DNA of 64,000 nucleotides from Chiloscyllium plagiosum (Eukaryota). The stretch spans positions 76,463,817 through 76,527,816 of the forward strand of contig NC_057711.1 in the NCBI RefSeq assembly GCF_004010195.1. Direction: 5' to 3'. The notes beneath the pieces are model-generated. The model was given only the letters and a program-made list of their open reading frames with translations, made no database searches and was not told where the DNA came from. The position numbers and the translations under genes were made by a program. Below are positions 62,088 through 64,000 of the stretch, in pieces (the stretch's first letter is position 1; every line of letters starts with the position of its first letter).

Positions 62088-62264
62088 AGGAGGTGCCAGT
62101 GTTAGACTAGGGTGGACAAAGTTAAAAATCACACAACACCAAGTTATAGTCCAATAGGTTTATTTGGAAGTACAAGCTTTCGGAGTGCTACTCCTTTGTC
62201 AGATAGCTAGCTAATACTTCAAATAAACCTGTTGGACCATAACCAATTGTTGTTGATTTTTAAC
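62088..62264. mobile_element. Family C PLE-derived hairpin
   Basis: Imperfect inverted arms (gttaaaaatcacacaac.../...gttgttgatttttaac). Hammerhead-like motif on - at 62171-62205. Confidence 0.65.
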
Positions 62265-62959
62265 AAATGGAGTCGATGAAGATGCAAGGTAAGCATGATA
62301 AAATGATATCAAAGGATCCATATTATTTGCTTAATGAATATTAAATATCGGCCTGTACCTGGAGGTAACAAGTCCCAAGGACATCATGATGATGATGTAG
62401 TGATGCAAACTAATGAGGTGTGAAACCTTTTGGACAGTTTTGAATACATTTGGCTTGGAAAACCCAACTATGCAAAACCATTATGCCAGCTGTAGATATG
62501 GTCAGGCTGCATTCAAAAGCAGACAAATTACTGAGATTTAAGAAGCAGGACAGTTTTATGAAGACGTTTTGTCGCAATTTTTGATGGCAATGGCACTATT
62601 TATGGTCTTTACATCTTCTTTTAAAGTACATCTGGAGTAATATTCTGTGTCTGCATGTAAGCAAAGATGGTTGAAGTCCTTTGATGGAATCATGACATGT
62701 TTTGTCATGTAATAGGACTAAAAAAAAAGCATTTCTTTTCCAAGATGAGACAAAACAAACAAAAAACTTTAGGACTACTCCACTCACTGCAAAATTTACC
62801 CATAAATAATGACAAGCCACTTAAGATATTGGGACTTTGAAATGCCAAACCTTTTTCAAACATACTAGGTAACACAAGCTGTATTTTATGTTGGACCTGA
62901 TTTGGTTAGGTGTAGGTTTGCTGTCAAATACAGTCTTAACAACGGAAACCTAAATACGG

Positions 62960-63695
62960 TGTTACAGTATGGGGTAAACCCCTCTGCTAAATTAAACCTG
63001 ACACACAGAGAAGTTCATCTTGTGCCATAATCTGTTAAATCTTGAGAGACAAAGAACTCTCCCAGAGTTCACTATTTAAAATAAAATTAACAATTTTATT
63101 CTTTAAGTCCAAAAGAGAACATCAAACAACTATTTACAACTCCATTCTCTTAAACCTATCTTTTACCTCCCACTCTACAATACTGGTCCAATTTAAACAA
63201 ACCCTGATTAAGATTTACAAAAAGAAAATCATGTTTCAAAACCAGTCAGCTTTGTCAATTCTCCTTTGTAGATTTTCCTCTGTAGATTTTTCTTAAGGTC
63301 AGCTTCAGTGTTCTGCTGCATAAGGTTCTTATGGACAGGTACCTTACAGAGAGCTATTTGGCTAGCAGTTTATACTTGTTGATGTTCTTGGCCGTTCTCC
63401 CCATAACTGTTCAAAATATCCAGTTTTATACCCCAAAATATTGAATCATTTCATTGGTTTGATGTCATCAAAACACTAAATTCAATTTCAATTGGATTTT
63501 TGGTCTCTGGGGCATAATTTAAACAATTTGGCTGAATTTGAATTTGTTTTTGTACCATGGCAACACAGTTCCAGCTATTTGTTTCAACCAAATGTTACAT
63601 TTTTAAATTGTTCAGCACACTATGTGCTCTCAGTCAGTCCTTGCTAACGTCCTCTCTTTCTTAAAGGTACAGTACACACCTACACCTTCATAACA
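62960..63695 (-). mobile_element. Solo LTR (736 bp), probably Gypsy-type
   Basis: TGTTA...TAACA termini, with flanks acgg/acag (4-bp TSD with one transition). On - there are CCAAT boxes (63491-95, 63453-57), then TATAAAA (63424-30), then AATAAA (63095-100), in LTR order. Confidence 0.7.
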
Positions 63696-63724
63696 ACAGT
63701 GCCAAAGCTATGAAAAATAGCTGC

Positions 63725-64000
63725 AGGGAATGTTGGTATAAGTGTTAATGTTGCTGGACTGGTAATCCAGAATCCCAGGGGATGTAGGTTGGAATTCCAC
63801 CATGGCAGTGGCTGATATTTGAAATTAACAAAATCTGGATTTAAAAATCTAAACTCTTAACAACCATTAGCAAATATTGTAAAACGTAACTGGGCCACTA
63901 ATGTCCTTCAAGGAAGGTTGCCTTCTGTACCTGGTCTGGCCTACATGTGATCCAGACACAGCTATGTGGTTGACTTTTAAATGCTCTCAAATGCCACCTC
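63725..64000 (+). mobile_element. tRNA-derived SINE of another family (runs off the window); 3' part also at 16345-16530, tails at 4450-4540 and 39170-39245
   Basis: Degenerate A/B boxes. acctggtctggcctacatgtgatccagac...atgtggttgact is shared with 16370-16440. Confidence 0.6.

Overview
Vertebrate genomic DNA, most likely from a shark or ray (inferred from HE1/V-SINE-like and Deu-domain SINEs and very dense CR1 LINEs). It is not prokaryotic and contains no CRISPR array. The only host gene I can support is on the + strand: seven GT-AG exons (19286-19388, 21841-21977, 29045-29245, 31949-32017, 46211-46253, 48422-48564, 59693-59896). They splice in phase into 900 nt of open reading frame encoding furin-like Cys-rich repeats that resemble the PC5/6B-specific extension of PCSK5. 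The rest is intron filled with decayed, often nested CR1/L2 LINEs, SINEs, a Tc1/mariner-type MITE, a solo LTR and a 36-bp minisatellite. The most interesting signal is a set of short Penelope-like (PLE) derived elements from about four families. Each carries a minimal type I hammerhead ribozyme motif (CUGANGA-A-stem II-GAAA-palindromic stem III-UH-stem I), and the stems covary between families. Several copies form 75-100 bp-arm inverted repeats with 14-16 bp target-site duplications, and two core-intact ribozyme motifs lie in the sense orientation of the PCSK5 pre-mRNA. All comparisons to known families are from memory, with no database search. Repeat boundaries are approximate unless a TSD or TIR is given.
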